Shown here piece after piece: positions 19,842 through 20,000 of a DNA stretch of 20,000 nt (position 1 is the stretch's first letter; each line of letters starts with the position of its first letter). The position numbers and the translations under genes were made by a program. The DNA lies in sequence record SRR20825019_200. The stretch is one strand, 5' to 3'. The notes below the pieces were generated by a model, which worked only from the letters and a program-made list of their open reading frames with translations, did no database searches and was not told the origin of the DNA.

Positions 19842-20000
19842 CCCGTTTTATTGCCGCCAAAAATTGGGCTTGATTGATGGATAAAATGGCCGAGTGTCTG
19901 AGCGCAGCGAGTTATTGGCCATGCCATCAATCAAGCTTAATTTTTGGAATCAAGGCAATATCGGGTGCCTTTTTGTTTGGTTCGTTTATTTTGGGCATGC
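19842..20000 (+). repeat. Long imperfect palindromic intergenic element (REP/MITE-like), probably cut by the window edge
   Basis: 24-bp arms at 19857-19880 and 19924-19947 (22 Watson-Crick + 2 G-T pairs); inner arms 19886-19893/19915-19922; outer arms 19849-19855/19954-19960 and 19842-19845/19962-19965. Confidence 0.7.

Overview
Gammaproteobacterial chromosomal window; gene content and style suggest a marine methylotroph such as Methylophaga, but this is inference only. The left ~9 kb is the distal part of an Aer2/Che2 (F7-like) chemosensory cluster: a soluble globin-PAS-PAS chemoreceptor ending in the pentapeptide EWDEF, then cheR, cheD, cheB and an McpA/CttP-like receptor. A sigma54-preceded stand-alone fliK and a receptor lacking a sensor domain follow. 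The remainder is mostly housekeeping: a retropepsin-like protease, pyrF, tgt-yajC-secD-secF, a membrane protein, mpl, ubiX and fhs. Most notable observations: (1) a receptor that combines an M-family globin, an Aer2-type heme PAS and a second PAS, with a strong internal RBS/ATG that could yield a globin-less isoform; (2) a GD[IV]ELF C-terminal tail shared by CheD and a receptor carrying a CheZ-like DxxxQ motif; (3) an unannotated 84-aa ORF behind a good sigma28 promoter; (4) a ~160-nt G-U-rich foldback next to it; (5) a long palindromic element after fhs with a GCGCAGC mini-hairpin at its apex. No CRISPR, tRNA, rRNA, transposase or integrase was seen.
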